Positions 9,048 to 26,643 of a DNA stretch of 64,000 nt are shown here, piece after piece. Within the stretch, counting starts at the first letter, position 1, and each line of letters opens with the position of its first letter. The DNA comes from Immundisolibacterales bacterium (GTDB taxonomy: Bacteria > Pseudomonadota > Gammaproteobacteria > HK1), in the NCBI GenBank assembly GCA_026712715.1, contig JAPOPW010000034.1:31720-95719 (forward strand). The letters are read 5' to 3'. The notes under the pieces were generated by a model. The model did not search any database, was not told where the DNA came from, and saw only the letters and a list, made by a program, of their open reading frames with translations. The position numbers and the translations under genes were made by a program.

Positions 9048-9107
9048 GAGCCTGCCCCATGCCGACCGCCGGAAAGTCGACCGTCATACCCGGCATGCGC
9101 TACCGGG
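9048..9107. repeat. Direct repeat copy B (functional 5' end of VOC gene)
   Basis: This is the partner of 8165..8225. It contains the RBS region, the ATG (9059) and the first 16 codons of the VOC gene. Confidence 0.85.
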
Positions 9108-9484
9108 ACGCCCCCGCCGCCATCGAGTGGCTGTGCCGCGTGCTCGGATTCTCGACAAACCTGGTCGTGCCGGGGGACGGCGAGACCGTTCTCCACGCTC
9201 AGCTCGTCCTCGGCGACGGCATGGTCATGCTCGGGAGCGAACGCGACGACGCGCACGGGGAGCTGATGTCCGTCCCGGGTCCGGGAGGCAAGAATTCCCA
9301 GTCCGCCTACCTGGTGGTGGACGACCCCGAAGCGGTGCACGAGCGGGCGGTGGCGGCCGGCGCCGAGATCGTCTCCCCGCTCGAACACCCGGAGTACGGC
9401 GGCACCTTCTTCGCCTGCCGCGACCCCGAGGGCCACGTCTGGAACGTCGGCTCCTACGACCCCTGGGCGGAACCGTCCACGTAG
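9059..9484 (+). CDS. VOC / glyoxalase-bleomycin resistance family protein (PhnB-like)
   Basis: Track ORF 9059..9484. VIPGMRYRDAPAAIEWL..., HAQLVLGDGMVMLG and FFACRDPEGHVWNVGSYDPW fit the VOC (YecM/PhnB-like) fold. Confidence 0.8.
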   Translation: MPTAGKSTVIPGMRYRDAPAAIEWLCRVLGFSTNLVVPGDGETVLHAQLVLGDGMVMLGSERDDAHGELMSVPGPGGKNSQSAYLVVDDPEAVHERAVAAGAEIVSPLEHPEYGGTFFACRDPEGHVWNVGSYDPWAEPST

Positions 9485-9635
9485 CGACCGAGGGCGCGGC
9501 GCCCTGACGACATCGGTTTGGATGGCGCGCCGCAGCGGGTCGGCCGCGATGGCACGATCCGGGGTCGGCAGCGGCCGCCTTCGACTCGCGGACCGACACC
9601 TGGAACGGAGAGCAGAGCCAGCCGGCGGCGGGGAA

Positions 9636-10811
9636 TCAGGCGCGGGCGAGGGCCTGGTCGAGGTCGGCGATGAGGTCCGCGGGGGTCTCGAGGCCGACCG
9701 AGAGGCGGATGAGGCCGTCCGTGATCCCGAGGCGGGCGCGCTCGTCGGGTGCGATGTTGGCGTGGGTCATGGTGGCCGGGTGGGTGACGAGCGATTCCAC
9801 CGTGCCGAGGTTCTCCGCGAGGCTCCAGAGCTCGACCGCGTCCATGACCCGCTTGCCGGCCGCGGCCCCGCCCCGCACCTCGCAGCACACCATCGCGCCG
9901 TAGCCGGAGGCCTGGCGGCCCGCGAGGGCGTGCTGGGGAAACGAGGGGAGCCCGGGGTAGAGCACCCGTTCGACGGTGGGGTGGCTCTCGAGGTACGACG
10001 CGACTTCCAGGGCCGCCGCAGACTGCGCGTCCATGCGGACCGACAGGGTCTTGCAACCCTGCAGGGTGAGCCACGCCACGAAGGGCGACATGATGCTCCC
10101 GGTCGCGTTCTGAACGAAGCGCACGGCTTCCACCTGCTCCTTCGTCGCGCAGACCACCGCTCCCCCCACGGTGGCGTTGTGCCCGTCCAGATACTTCGTC
10201 GTGGAGTGCACCACGAGGTCGGCGCCGAGCTCGAACGGACGCTGGCAGCAGGGCGTCAGCAGGGTGTTGTCCACCACGTGGAGGATGCCGCGGGCGCGTG
10301 CGACCTCGGAGACGGCGGCGATGTCGGTGAGCCTGAGGGTGGGATTCGCCGGGGTTTCGCTGAGGATGAGCCGGGTCTCGGCACGCACGCCCGCCAACAC
10401 CGCGGCGGGGTCCGAGGTATCGACGAAGGTGAAGTCCACCCCGAAGCGGGCGAGGATCTGCCGGCACAGGCGCAGGGTGCCTCCGAAGATCACGTCCGAC
10501 ACGACAGCGTGCTCGCCCGCCCCGAGATACGCGAGCAAGACGGTGTGAATCGCCGCCATTCCGGTTCCGAACGCGCACGCGTCCACCCCCCCTTCGAGCG
10601 CGGCGAGCTTCGTCTCGAGCGCATGCACGGTGGGGTTGTGGGACCGCGAATAGGAATAGCCCTTCTCCCGGTACCCGTCGACGGAGGGCTGCACGTAGGT
10701 CGTCGTCTGGTGAATGGGAGTGAGGATCGCCCCGGTCACGGGGTCGGGCTCGACCCCGGCGCGCACCTGCCGGGTCGCGAATCCTTCGTTCGGCCGGCTG
10801 CCGCGGCTCAT
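9636..10811 (-). CDS. Trans-sulfuration PLP enzyme (cystathionine gamma-synthase / beta-lyase family)
   Basis: Track ORF 9636..10811. YSRSHNPT, the PLP lysine in VVHSTTKYLDGH, and a GLIRLSVGLE C-terminal motif are present. Confidence 0.85.
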   Translation of the reverse strand: MSRGSRPNEGFATRQVRAGVEPDPVTGAILTPIHQTTTYVQPSVDGYREKGYSYSRSHNPTVHALETKLAALEGGVDACAFGTGMAAIHTVLLAYLGAGEHAVVSDVIFGGTLRLCRQILARFGVDFTFVDTSDPAAVLAGVRAETRLILSETPANPTLRLTDIAAVSEVARARGILHVVDNTLLTPCCQRPFELGADLVVHSTTKYLDGHNATVGGAVVCATKEQVEAVRFVQNATGSIMSPFVAWLTLQGCKTLSVRMDAQSAAALEVASYLESHPTVERVLYPGLPSFPQHALAGRQASGYGAMVCCEVRGGAAAGKRVMDAVELWSLAENLGTVESLVTHPATMTHANIAPDERARLGITDGLIRLSVGLETPADLIADLDQALARA

Positions 10812-10961
10812 GTCACCGGCCCCGGGCCGGGCGGCTCGCGCAGGGTCCCGGCCTCGGCCACTCCATGGCCCGCGCCCTTCGTCGGATCACCGTCCATCCG
10901 GATGAAGGAATGACCGGCGGGCCCCCGGTTGTCGATGAACCCGACGGAAGGCACACCGCCT

Positions 10962-11777
10962 CTATCCGGCGGCGCGCGGCGGCGGGCGGATCCCCCAGGG
11001 ACGCGCCCAGCCGAGGCCGGCCTCGGTCCCCGCCGCGGGCTGGTACTCGCAGCCGACCCATCCCTCGTATCCGAGCTCGTCGATGAGGGGGAGCAGCCAC
11101 GCGTAGTTGAGCTCTCCCGCATCGGGCTCCAGCCGGGCCGGCGGGCCGGCAATCTGGATGTGGCCGACGTTGCTGTCCGGGCCGTCACCGAGATACGCCA
11201 TCAGCTTCTCCGCCACCCCGCCTTCGACGATCTGGCAGTGGTAGAGGTCGAACTGGACCTTGACGTTCGGGGCCCCGACCTCGGCCACGAGGGCGTGCGC
11301 GTCGGCCTGCCGATTGAGCGGATAGCCGGGGTTGTCGCGCGGATTGAGCGGCTCGACGAGCAGGGTGACACCGTCCTCGGCCGCGCGCGGAGCCCCGGCC
11401 CGCAGGTTGGCGACGAAGGTTGCCCGGCTCTCCTCGCGGCTGGTGGCCGCATCCGGCATCCCCCACATCGCATGCAGCCGGGGACACCCGGTCGCCCGGC
11501 AATAGCGGAGCGCGAGCTCCAGCCCTTCCCGAAACTCCGCCTCACGACCCGGCAGCCCCCCGAGCCCGCGCTCCCCCTCCCCGCCGGGGGGCAGGTTGAA
11601 CAGGACCGCCTCGAGGTCGTGCTCGCGAAGCCGCTCCCGTATCGCCCGCTCGGACGCTTCGCCGTAAGGAAACTGGTGCTCGACGGCCTCGAAGCCGCAG
11701 GCCGCCGCCGCCCCGAACCGCTCCAGAAGCGGGCGCTCCGTGAAGAGATAGCTCAGATTGGCGGCGAGGCGGGGCAT
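10962..11777 (-). CDS. Hydroxypyruvate isomerase family protein (TIM-barrel, Hyi/OtnI-like)
   Basis: Track ORF 10962..11777. MPRLAANLSYLFTE..., KVQFDLYHCQI and GWVGCEYQP are typical of Hyi. Confidence 0.8.
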   Translation of the reverse strand: MPRLAANLSYLFTERPLLERFGAAAACGFEAVEHQFPYGEASERAIRERLREHDLEAVLFNLPPGGEGERGLGGLPGREAEFREGLELALRYCRATGCPRLHAMWGMPDAATSREESRATFVANLRAGAPRAAEDGVTLLVEPLNPRDNPGYPLNRQADAHALVAEVGAPNVKVQFDLYHCQIVEGGVAEKLMAYLGDGPDSNVGHIQIAGPPARLEPDAGELNYAWLLPLIDELGYEGWVGCEYQPAAGTEAGLGWARPWGIRPPPRAAG

Positions 11778-12044
11778 GGCCGCCGGATAATACCCAAGTG
11801 CGAGCCGCCCCGCTTCGCTCGATACGCGATAATGCGCGAAATGGATAGCGCGTCCCCCTGCCGATCCATCTCACCGAAACCCTTCCGCGGATCTCGTTCC
11901 GTACACGGCGACGGGCCGTGCGTGCACCGGCCGGTCCGCGGGAGCTTCGACGGGAGAGACGTCCGCATCGCGGCCTGCGACCGCGGGCGGATGCTTCGCG
12001 CCCGGCCGGCGTCCCGGGTCCTTCGAGCCGGACGCCGGTGACAG

Positions 12045-18217
<6,173 letters not shown>

Positions 18218-18221
<4 letters not shown>

Positions 18222-19240
18222 ACCTCCTCATTCTCGACGGCTGCGACGAGACGCAGGGCGCCTCCGCCGCCGAACGGCTCGGGCCGGGATGGACGGTCAC
18301 CCCGGGCCGCCATTCGGACCCGCCGGACGTCCTCGCGAGCCGCCTCGCGGTCGCGGATGCGGCGGTTACCCAATACTGGACGGCGGACTTGCCTCCTGCC
18401 CCCCGCCTGCGGCTCCTCCAGCTTCCGGGAGCGGGATTCGACGCTGTCGATCTCGACGCGGTGCCGGCGGGCTGCGCCGTGTGCAACGTGTACGAACACG
18501 AGATCGGGATTTCGGAGTACATCGTCGCCGCCCTCCTCGAGCGCGAGATCCGTATCGCCCGCATGGATTCGGGCCTGCGGCGCGGAGAGTGGCGGGACGG
18601 CTTCGCGCTCGGCGCCCCCCTCCACGGCGAGCTCCACGGCAAGACGGTGGGATTCGTCGGCTACGGGCGCATCGCGCGGGCCACCGCCCGGCGCCTCGCC
18701 CCGTTCGGGGTGCGGATGGCCGCCCGCACCCGCTCGCCGGACCGGTCCGGTCCCGGAGCGGAGCTCGTCGGCGACCTTGCCGGCATCGACCGCCTCGACG
18801 ACATGCTCCCCGCGGTCGACTACCTGGTGATCACCTGCCCGCTGACCGAGACCACTCGCGGCCTCATCGACGCCCGGCGCCTCGCCAGGCTCGGCGCCGC
18901 CGCGGTGGTGGTGAACGTGTCGCGCGGCCCCATCGTCGACGAGGAGGCGCTCTACGCCGCCTGCCGGGACGGGACCATCGGGGGCGCGGTCATCGACACC
19001 TGGTACCGGTACCCGGATCCGTCCGGCGGCCGCGGGCAGCGTTGCCTGCCGTCCCGCTTCCCGTTCGAGACCCTCGCCAACGTGGTGATGACGCCGCACG
19101 CTTCGGGCTGGAGCGCACGCCTCCTCGAGCGCCGCTGGACGGTGATCGTCGAGAACCTGCTCCGTCTCGAGCGCGGCGAGCCACTATGCAACCTGCTGCG
19201 CCCGCCCGCCGGCGCGAATCCGGCGGCGGGTGCTCCGTGA
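18218..19240 (+). CDS. D-isomer-specific 2-hydroxyacid dehydrogenase family protein
   Basis: This lies in frame within track ORF 17357..19240. ATG 18218 overlaps the uvrA-like TGA (ATGA). It has the NAD motif GFVGYGRIARATARRL, then VVNVSRGPIVDEEAL and MTPHASG (catalytic His). Confidence 0.8.
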
Positions 19241-20523
19241 AGCGGACACGACTCGGCGCGGGTTTCGCCGCCCGCTTCGCGGCGCTCCGCGGTCCGCCCT
19301 TCCGGCGGTACTGGTTCGGCTCGGTTGCCTCGGTGGGGGCGTTCCAGCTCCTCATCATGGGCCAGGGGTGGCTCGTCTACGAGCTGAGCGGCTCGCCGCT
19401 GCAGCTCGGGTTCCTGGGCGCCGCCTCCTCGATTCCGACCATCATCGCCTCGCTCGCGGGCGGGGTCATCGCCGACCGGGTGGACCGGCGCCGGATGCTC
19501 ATCGCGACCTCGCTCTTCACCGCGGCGCTGCTCGCCCTTCTCGCCGCCCTGGACGGCTCCGGGGTGGTGGCGGTGTGGCACGTGCTCGCCATCGCGGGGA
19601 CGATCGCCCTCATCGTCGGCTTCGACTTCCCGGCCCGGATGGCGTTCTTCCCGAGCCTCATCGGGCGCAAGCACATGATGAGCGCGGTCGCCCTCAACGC
19701 CATGCTCTGGCAGGGCACCCGCATGTTCCTGCCCGCCCTGGGCGGCGTCATCATCGCGCTCAGCGACACCTGGGTCGTCTTCGCGCTCGGCGCGGCCGGG
19801 TTCGCCACCATGGCCGTGGTGATGGCGACCTTCGCACCGGCGAAGGAGGCGAGCCCGCCGGCGGGCCACTCCGGGCGGGAGTTCCTGGACGGCCTGCGCT
19901 TCATCGCCGCCGAGCGGCTCTTCCTCACCTTGATCCTCCTCACCTATGCGACCACGTTCTTCGGCATCTCCTACGTGCAGCTCATGCCCGCGTTCGCGCG
20001 CCTGCTCGAAGTGGGCGAAGCGGGGTTCGGCTTCATGCTGTCCGCCACCGGAATCGGCTCGGTCACCGGAACCCTGATGGTCGCGACCCTGCAGCGAAGC
20101 CCGCGGCTGGGACGGCTCATGCTGGCGTCGCTCGGGTGCGCCGCCCTCTCGTTCCTCGCCTTCAACGTCTGCGTGGCGCTGCTGTCCGGACACCCGGCCG
20201 GCTATCCGCTCGCGGTCGTCTGCTCGGTGTTCGCCGCCATGTTCACCGCGATGTTCCTGGTCTCGTCGATGACCGTGATGCAGCTCGCGGTGCCGGACCG
20301 GCTCCGCGGGCGGGTAATGGGAATGCACGGCATCTGCTTCAGCCTGATCCCGCTCGGAGGGCTGCTGGGCGGTGCGGTCGCGAACGCGACCTCGCCCCCC
20401 ACCGCCGCCGCGATCAACGCCGCCCTGCTGGGGGCGGTGGTCCTGATCGTGGCCGTGACCCAGCCCTCGGTGCGGCGGCTTCGCGGCGCCCGCGCCGGCC
20501 TCGTGGGCGCGGACACGCGGTGA
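19237..20523 (+). CDS. MFS transporter (EntS/MFS_3-like exporter)
   Basis: This is the C-terminal 428 aa of track ORF 18100..20523. GTG 19237 overlaps the preceding TGA (GTGA). FRRYWFGSVASVGAFQLLIMGQGWLVYELSGSP and GGVIADRVDRRRML are typical, and there are about 12 hydrophobic segments. Confidence 0.8.
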   Translation: MKRTRLGAGFAARFAALRGPPFRRYWFGSVASVGAFQLLIMGQGWLVYELSGSPLQLGFLGAASSIPTIIASLAGGVIADRVDRRRMLIATSLFTAALLALLAALDGSGVVAVWHVLAIAGTIALIVGFDFPARMAFFPSLIGRKHMMSAVALNAMLWQGTRMFLPALGGVIIALSDTWVVFALGAAGFATMAVVMATFAPAKEASPPAGHSGREFLDGLRFIAAERLFLTLILLTYATTFFGISYVQLMPAFARLLEVGEAGFGFMLSATGIGSVTGTLMVATLQRSPRLGRLMLASLGCAALSFLAFNVCVALLSGHPAGYPLAVVCSVFAAMFTAMFLVSSMTVMQLAVPDRLRGRVMGMHGICFSLIPLGGLLGGAVANATSPPTAAAINAALLGAVVLIVAVTQPSVRRLRGARAGLVGADTR

Positions 20524-20605
20524 GTCGGCGGCTCGGATAAGATCGTCCGGTGAACGTTCCTCCGGCATACCGCCCGCCGGTCGCGTCCCGGAACCCGACC
20601 CTGCA

Positions 20606-21817
20606 GTGAACGCGCCGGCCAGATACCGTACCTCGATCGCATTCTCCAATGCGGGTCACACGTGCACCCACCTGTGCACGGTGCTCTATGCCACCGCGGT
20701 GCTGCACCTTCCTCAGGTGTTCGGCCTTCCGTACGGCGAGCTGCTGAGCCTTTCCAGCCTCGGGCTCATCCTGTTCGGGGTCGCCGCGCTGCCCGCCGGC
20801 TGGCTCGGCGACCGGTGGAGCGTGGCGGGGGTGATGGTGGTCTTCTTCATCGGAGTCGGGATCGGCACGGTGGTGACCGGCCTCGCGGACGGCCCGGAGA
20901 TGCTGTTCGTCGGACTGACCCTGATCGGTCTCTTCGCGGCGATCTACCACCCGGTGGGGATCGCCTGGATCGTCGCCTCGGCCCGAAAGCGAGGCATGAC
21001 CCTCGGCATCAACGCGGTCTTCGGCAACGTCGGAAACGCCGTGGCACCGGTGTTCGTCGGGGTGATGATCGACTTCGTGTCGTGGCGGGCCGCCTTCATC
21101 ATCCCCGGCGTGTTGTCCCTCCTGGCCGGAATCGCCCTCCTGTTCGCGTGGCGGCGCGGCTGGGTGTCGGATGCGAAGACCGACCGGATGCCGGCGCCGG
21201 AAGCGGCGGATCGAAGCGCCGTGTACCGGATCTTCGTCGTGCTCACCTTCACCATGGCGTGCACGGGGTTCGTCTACGCCGGCCTCACCAATACCATGCC
21301 GAAGCTGTTCGAGATGGGACTCGGACCGGAGCTTGCGGTCAGCTACACCGAGATCGGGCTGTTCGTCGGCATCATTTCCGGCACGGCGTCGGCCAGCAGC
21401 ATCCTCGGCGGCTGGCTTGCCGACCGCTTCTCGGCGCGCGCCATCTACTTCGTGTTCTGGGGGTTGCAGGTGCCATTGCTGTTCGTCATCACCTCACTGG
21501 CGGACCTGCCCCTCCTCGTCGTCGCGCTGCTCGTGCTGAGCTTCAATCTTTCCTACTCCGCGGCGGAAAACATGCTGATCGCGCACTACACCCCGATACG
21601 CTGGCGCGCCTTCGCCTTCGGGGCCAGGTTCGTGCTGGCCCTCGGCGCCGCCGGGATCACCGTCATGCTTGCCGGCTGGATATTCGATACGCGGGGGAAC
21701 TTCGAAGTGCTGTACGTGTGGTTCGGCATCGCGGCAATCGGCGCCACCGCGGCCTGCCTGCTGCTGCCCGGCCGGCGGCGCCCGCCCGCGTTCGCGCCGG
21801 CCGGGGCCGCCGACTGA
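20606..21817 (+). CDS. MFS transporter
   Basis: Track ORF 20606..21817 (GTG start). It has a GWLGDRWS motif-A-like loop and multiple TM segments throughout. Confidence 0.8.
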   Translation: MNAPARYRTSIAFSNAGHTCTHLCTVLYATAVLHLPQVFGLPYGELLSLSSLGLILFGVAALPAGWLGDRWSVAGVMVVFFIGVGIGTVVTGLADGPEMLFVGLTLIGLFAAIYHPVGIAWIVASARKRGMTLGINAVFGNVGNAVAPVFVGVMIDFVSWRAAFIIPGVLSLLAGIALLFAWRRGWVSDAKTDRMPAPEAADRSAVYRIFVVLTFTMACTGFVYAGLTNTMPKLFEMGLGPELAVSYTEIGLFVGIISGTASASSILGGWLADRFSARAIYFVFWGLQVPLLFVITSLADLPLLVVALLVLSFNLSYSAAENMLIAHYTPIRWRAFAFGARFVLALGAAGITVMLAGWIFDTRGNFEVLYVWFGIAAIGATAACLLLPGRRRPPAFAPAGAAD

Positions 21818-21834
21818 CGCACCGCCTCAGGGGC

Positions 21835-23007
21835 TCAGGGCCCCACCTCGGAGACCTTCACCCAGCGACCCTCGGCGTCCGAGAGCATGCACGCATCGAC
21901 CAGGCGCTGGACCTCCGCCCCGAACCGGAAGTCGGGATAGCCCGGCTCGCCGGCCACGATCGCCTCGAGGAACGCCTGGGCCTCGATCACCTTGAAGTCG
22001 TTGTAGCCGGCCCCGATTCCGGGCACCGGAAAGAACGCCGCATAGCGCGGATCCGTCGGCCCCATCTCGATCCGCTGGAACCCCCTGGTCTCCTGCGGCC
22101 CCGTTTCGCGATAGACCTGGAGCTCGTTGAGCCGGTCGTACTGGTAGCGGAGCGCGCCTTCGGAGCCCGTCACGTCGTACCCGACCTCCATCCGTCGCCC
22201 CCGCGCCACCCGGCTCATCTCCATGTGGCCGGTCGTGCCGCCCGCGAACCGAATGAGGACGGTCGCGACGTCGTCGGTGTCGACCCGCAACATTTCCTCG
22301 CCACCCTCGGCATCCTGGCTGAAGGCCCCTTCATCCGCGGGCCGCGGACGCTCGCCGATCTCGATGCGAAGGTCGCACATCACCTCCTCGATCGGCTCGG
22401 CCACCAGGTGCCGGAAGTAGGCGAAGCAGTGGGCGCCCACGTCGCCGATCACGCCGGACCCGGCTCGCGCCTTTTCGTTGCGCCACGAGAACGGTATGTC
22501 GGGACGGGCGAGGAAATCCGAGTTGAACTGACCGCGGTAATAGGTGACGGAGCCAATCTCTCCTTCCTCGATCAGCTTTCGCGCGAGGAACTGAACCGGA
22601 TTCTTGATGTAGTTGAAGCCGACCATGGTGGTGATGCCCGCCTTCTCGGCCGCTTCCGCCATCTCGTACGAGGTAACCACGTCGTTCGTGAGCGGCTTCT
22701 CGCAGTAGATGTGCTTTCCGGCCGCGATCGCGGCCATGGCGATGTCGAAATGCAGGTCGTTCGGGGTGGTGATGTCGATGATGTCGATCCCGGGATCCTC
22801 GACCACCTCGCGCCAGTCGCGCGCGTGACGCCGGAATCCCATCTCGGCGGCGGCGCGTGCCGCAATCTCCTCGTTCGCATCCGCGACGACTTCCAGCGCG
22901 GCGGCCACCGGCTTTCCGCCGAATGCGAGCCGCGCAGTCCGGTACGACATGGAGTGGGCCTTGCCCATCCACCCCGCACCGACCAGACCGACCTTGAGTT
23001 CCGTCAT
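21835..23007 (-). CDS. Gfo/Idh/MocA family oxidoreductase
   Basis: Track ORF 21835..23067, started at ATG 23007, which is preceded by AAAGAGGTGG. KVGLVGAGWMGKAHS is the Rossmann motif, and an EKPL motif (HIYCEKPL) is present. Confidence 0.85.
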   Translation of the reverse strand: MTELKVGLVGAGWMGKAHSMSYRTARLAFGGKPVAAALEVVADANEEIAARAAAEMGFRRHARDWREVVEDPGIDIIDITTPNDLHFDIAMAAIAAGKHIYCEKPLTNDVVTSYEMAEAAEKAGITTMVGFNYIKNPVQFLARKLIEEGEIGSVTYYRGQFNSDFLARPDIPFSWRNEKARAGSGVIGDVGAHCFAYFRHLVAEPIEEVMCDLRIEIGERPRPADEGAFSQDAEGGEEMLRVDTDDVATVLIRFAGGTTGHMEMSRVARGRRMEVGYDVTGSEGALRYQYDRLNELQVYRETGPQETRGFQRIEMGPTDPRYAAFFPVPGIGAGYNDFKVIEAQAFLEAIVAGEPGYPDFRFGAEVQRLVDACMLSDAEGRWVKVSEVGP

Positions 23008-23315
23008 TTCGCCACCTCTTTTCCGCACATTCACCACCGCCCCGGACTTCCGCGCCAGGGAGGCCATCCAATCCCTGCATTATCGAAACTTGGCCCGAGC
23101 TCGGCAATTCGCCCGGGACGGCTGGTACCCGCGAGCGTTTCCGACTCGCTTGCGCAAGTATCCCGACCGGCCTTCGTCCCGCAGCGCTCCCCGGACGGTC
23201 CCCTTTCCCGGGTCGCGCTCCACCGTGGCGGTTCCGCGCGTCCTCGCGGGCAGCACGGCCGTTCGTTCCGCCCCGAGGAATCCGCGGGAGGGAAGGAGGG
23301 GTCCGGCGCCGGACC

Positions 23316-24677
<1,362 letters not shown>

Positions 24678-24731
24678 GACGGACCCGCTCGCTTCGCCTC
24701 GTACCGATGCCGACCCGGGCGCCGCAGGCGG

Positions 24732-26507
24732 CTAGTGGGAGGGACGGGGCACGAACCGCCTCACGTCCTGGTACTTGGTGGCGATGTCGAACACCCCGCC
24801 GTCCGCGAGCTGTCCCACATGGGCCCGGTATATCTCCTGCCACGGAGTATGGTTCGGAAGGTCCGGGGGGGTGAGACGCCGGCGGCGCGCCTCGAGCTCC
24901 TCGTCGGGAACCAGCATGTCGATGGACCCGGCCTCGAGGTCCACGCGGATGACGTCGTTCGTCTCCAGGACGGCGAGGCTGCCCCCCACCGCGGACTCGG
25001 GCGAGGCATTCAGGATGGACGGGCTCCCGGAGGTTCCGCTCTGACGCCCGTCGCCAATCGTCGGGAGCTCCCGGATCCCGCGCTTGATGAGCTCGTCGGG
25101 CGGCTGCATGTTGACCACCTCCGCCGAGCCGGGATACCCCACCGGGCCGCACCCGCGAATGACGAGGAAGCAGCCCTCGTCGACCTCGAGCGACGGGTCG
25201 TTGATGCGACGGTGATAGTCCTCCGGGCCGTCGAAGACGATCGCGCGTCCCTCCACGACGTTCTCCTGCCCGGGACGCTCCAGATAGCGCCGGCGGAAGG
25301 TCTCGTCGATGACCGACGTCTTCATGATGGCCGCATCGAAGAGATTTCCCTTGAGCACGACGAACCCGGCATCTTCCTTGAGTGGCCGATCGAAGGGGCG
25401 GACCACGTCCGTGTCTTCCGATTGCGAGCCCGAATAGTTCTCACCGACGGTCCGCCCGTTCACGGTGACGGCGTCGGCGTGAAGCTTGCCGGCCCGCAGC
25501 AGCTCCCCCATGACCGCCGGCAACCCGCCGGCCCGGAAATACCCTTCGCCGAGATGGCTTCCGGCCGGCTGCATGTTCACGAGCAGCGGGATCCGGTGCC
25601 CGATCCGCTGCCAATCGTCGATGGCGAGCGGCACGCCGACGTGGCGGGCGATGGCGTTGACGTGGATCGGCGCATTGGTCGACCCGCCAATTGCGGAGTT
25701 GGCGACGATGACGTTCTCGAACGCCTCGCGGGTCATGATCTTCGACGGGGTGATGTCTTCGCGGACCATCTCGACGATGCGCCGTCCCGTCCGGTATGCG
25801 ACCTGCCCCCGCTCCTTGTACGGGGCGGGGATTGCCGCGCATCCGGGAAGGGCCATCCCGAGCGCCTCCGCGAGGGAGTTCATCGTGGACGCGGTGCCCA
25901 TCGTGTTGCAGTGACCGTCCGACTTCGCCGACGAGGCCACCATCTCGATGAACTCCTCGTAATCGATCTCCCCGGCCGCGTAGAGCTTGCGCGCCTCCCA
26001 GAGGATCGTCCCGGAGCCGGTGAGCCGGCCCTTGTACCAGCCGTCGAGCATCGGTCCGCCCGATAGCACGATGGCCGGGATGTTGACCGTCGCCGCCGCC
26101 ATGAGCTGCGAGGGTGTCGTCTTGTCGCATCCGGTGGTGAGGACCACGCCGTCGAGCGGGTATCCGTGCAGCACCTCGACCAGCCCGAGATAGGCGAGGT
26201 TGCGGTCGAGCGCCGCGGTGGGCCGCTTGCCGGTCTCCTGGATCGGGTGAACCGGAAACTCGAGCGGTACCCCGCCCGCCGCCCGGATCCCGGCCTGCAC
26301 CCGCTCCGAGAGCCGCAGGTGCACGCGGTTGCAGGGCGAGAGATCGCTTCCCGACTGGGCGATGCCGATGATGGGGCTGCCCGACTGGAGCTCCTCCCGG
26401 GTGATCCCGAAATTCATGTAGCGCTCGATATGGATGGCGGTGTTGTCGGGGTCGCCAAGATCGTGAAACCAGAGCTGGCTTCGAAGTCGGGTTTCGGATG
26501 TGCTCAT
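24732..26507 (-). CDS. IlvD/Edd family dehydratase (sugar-acid / dihydroxy-acid dehydratase)
   Basis: Track ORF 24732..26546, started at ATG 26507 ([14 protein letters not shown]...). It has the Fe-S cluster motif [10 protein letters not shown], plus GHCNTMGTA and GGSTNA motifs. Confidence 0.9.
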   Translation of the reverse strand: MSTSETRLRSQLWFHDLGDPDNTAIHIERYMNFGITREELQSGSPIIGIAQSGSDLSPCNRVHLRLSERVQAGIRAAGGVPLEFPVHPIQETGKRPTAALDRNLAYLGLVEVLHGYPLDGVVLTTGCDKTTPSQLMAAATVNIPAIVLSGGPMLDGWYKGRLTGSGTILWEARKLYAAGEIDYEEFIEMVASSAKSDGHCNTMGTASTMNSLAEALGMALPGCAAIPAPYKERGQVAYRTGRRIVEMVREDITPSKIMTREAFENVIVANSAIGGSTNAPIHVNAIARHVGVPLAIDDWQRIGHRIPLLVNMQPAGSHLGEGYFRAGGLPAVMGELLRAGKLHADAVTVNGRTVGENYSGSQSEDTDVVRPFDRPLKEDAGFVVLKGNLFDAAIMKTSVIDETFRRRYLERPGQENVVEGRAIVFDGPEDYHRRINDPSLEVDEGCFLVIRGCGPVGYPGSAEVVNMQPPDELIKRGIRELPTIGDGRQSGTSGSPSILNASPESAVGGSLAVLETNDVIRVDLEAGSIDMLVPDEELEARRRRLTPPDLPNHTPWQEIYRAHVGQLADGGVFDIATKYQDVRRFVPRPSH

Positions 26508-26643
26508 GGGTACCTTCTCGCCCTCGCTTGCTCGCATTCGGACCATCGGCAGGATAGCATGCGCCCCTGCTCCCGGCGTGGGCGAAAGCTCCGCCCGTTC
26601 ATAGGAATATGGCCCTTTTCGACCGGGCGTCAGGAGGACGGCG

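Noticed and set aside
9484-9520. The hairpin AGGGCGC-G-GCGCCCT after the VOC gene, as a terminator.
   Set aside because: The loop is too small (1-2 nt) and there is no U-tract.
11778-12044. A LexA/SOS box upstream of the uvrA-like gene.
   Set aside because: I found no convincing CTGT-N8-ACAG or GTTC-N7-GTTC/GAAC-N7-GAAC motif by eye in the divergent intergenic region.
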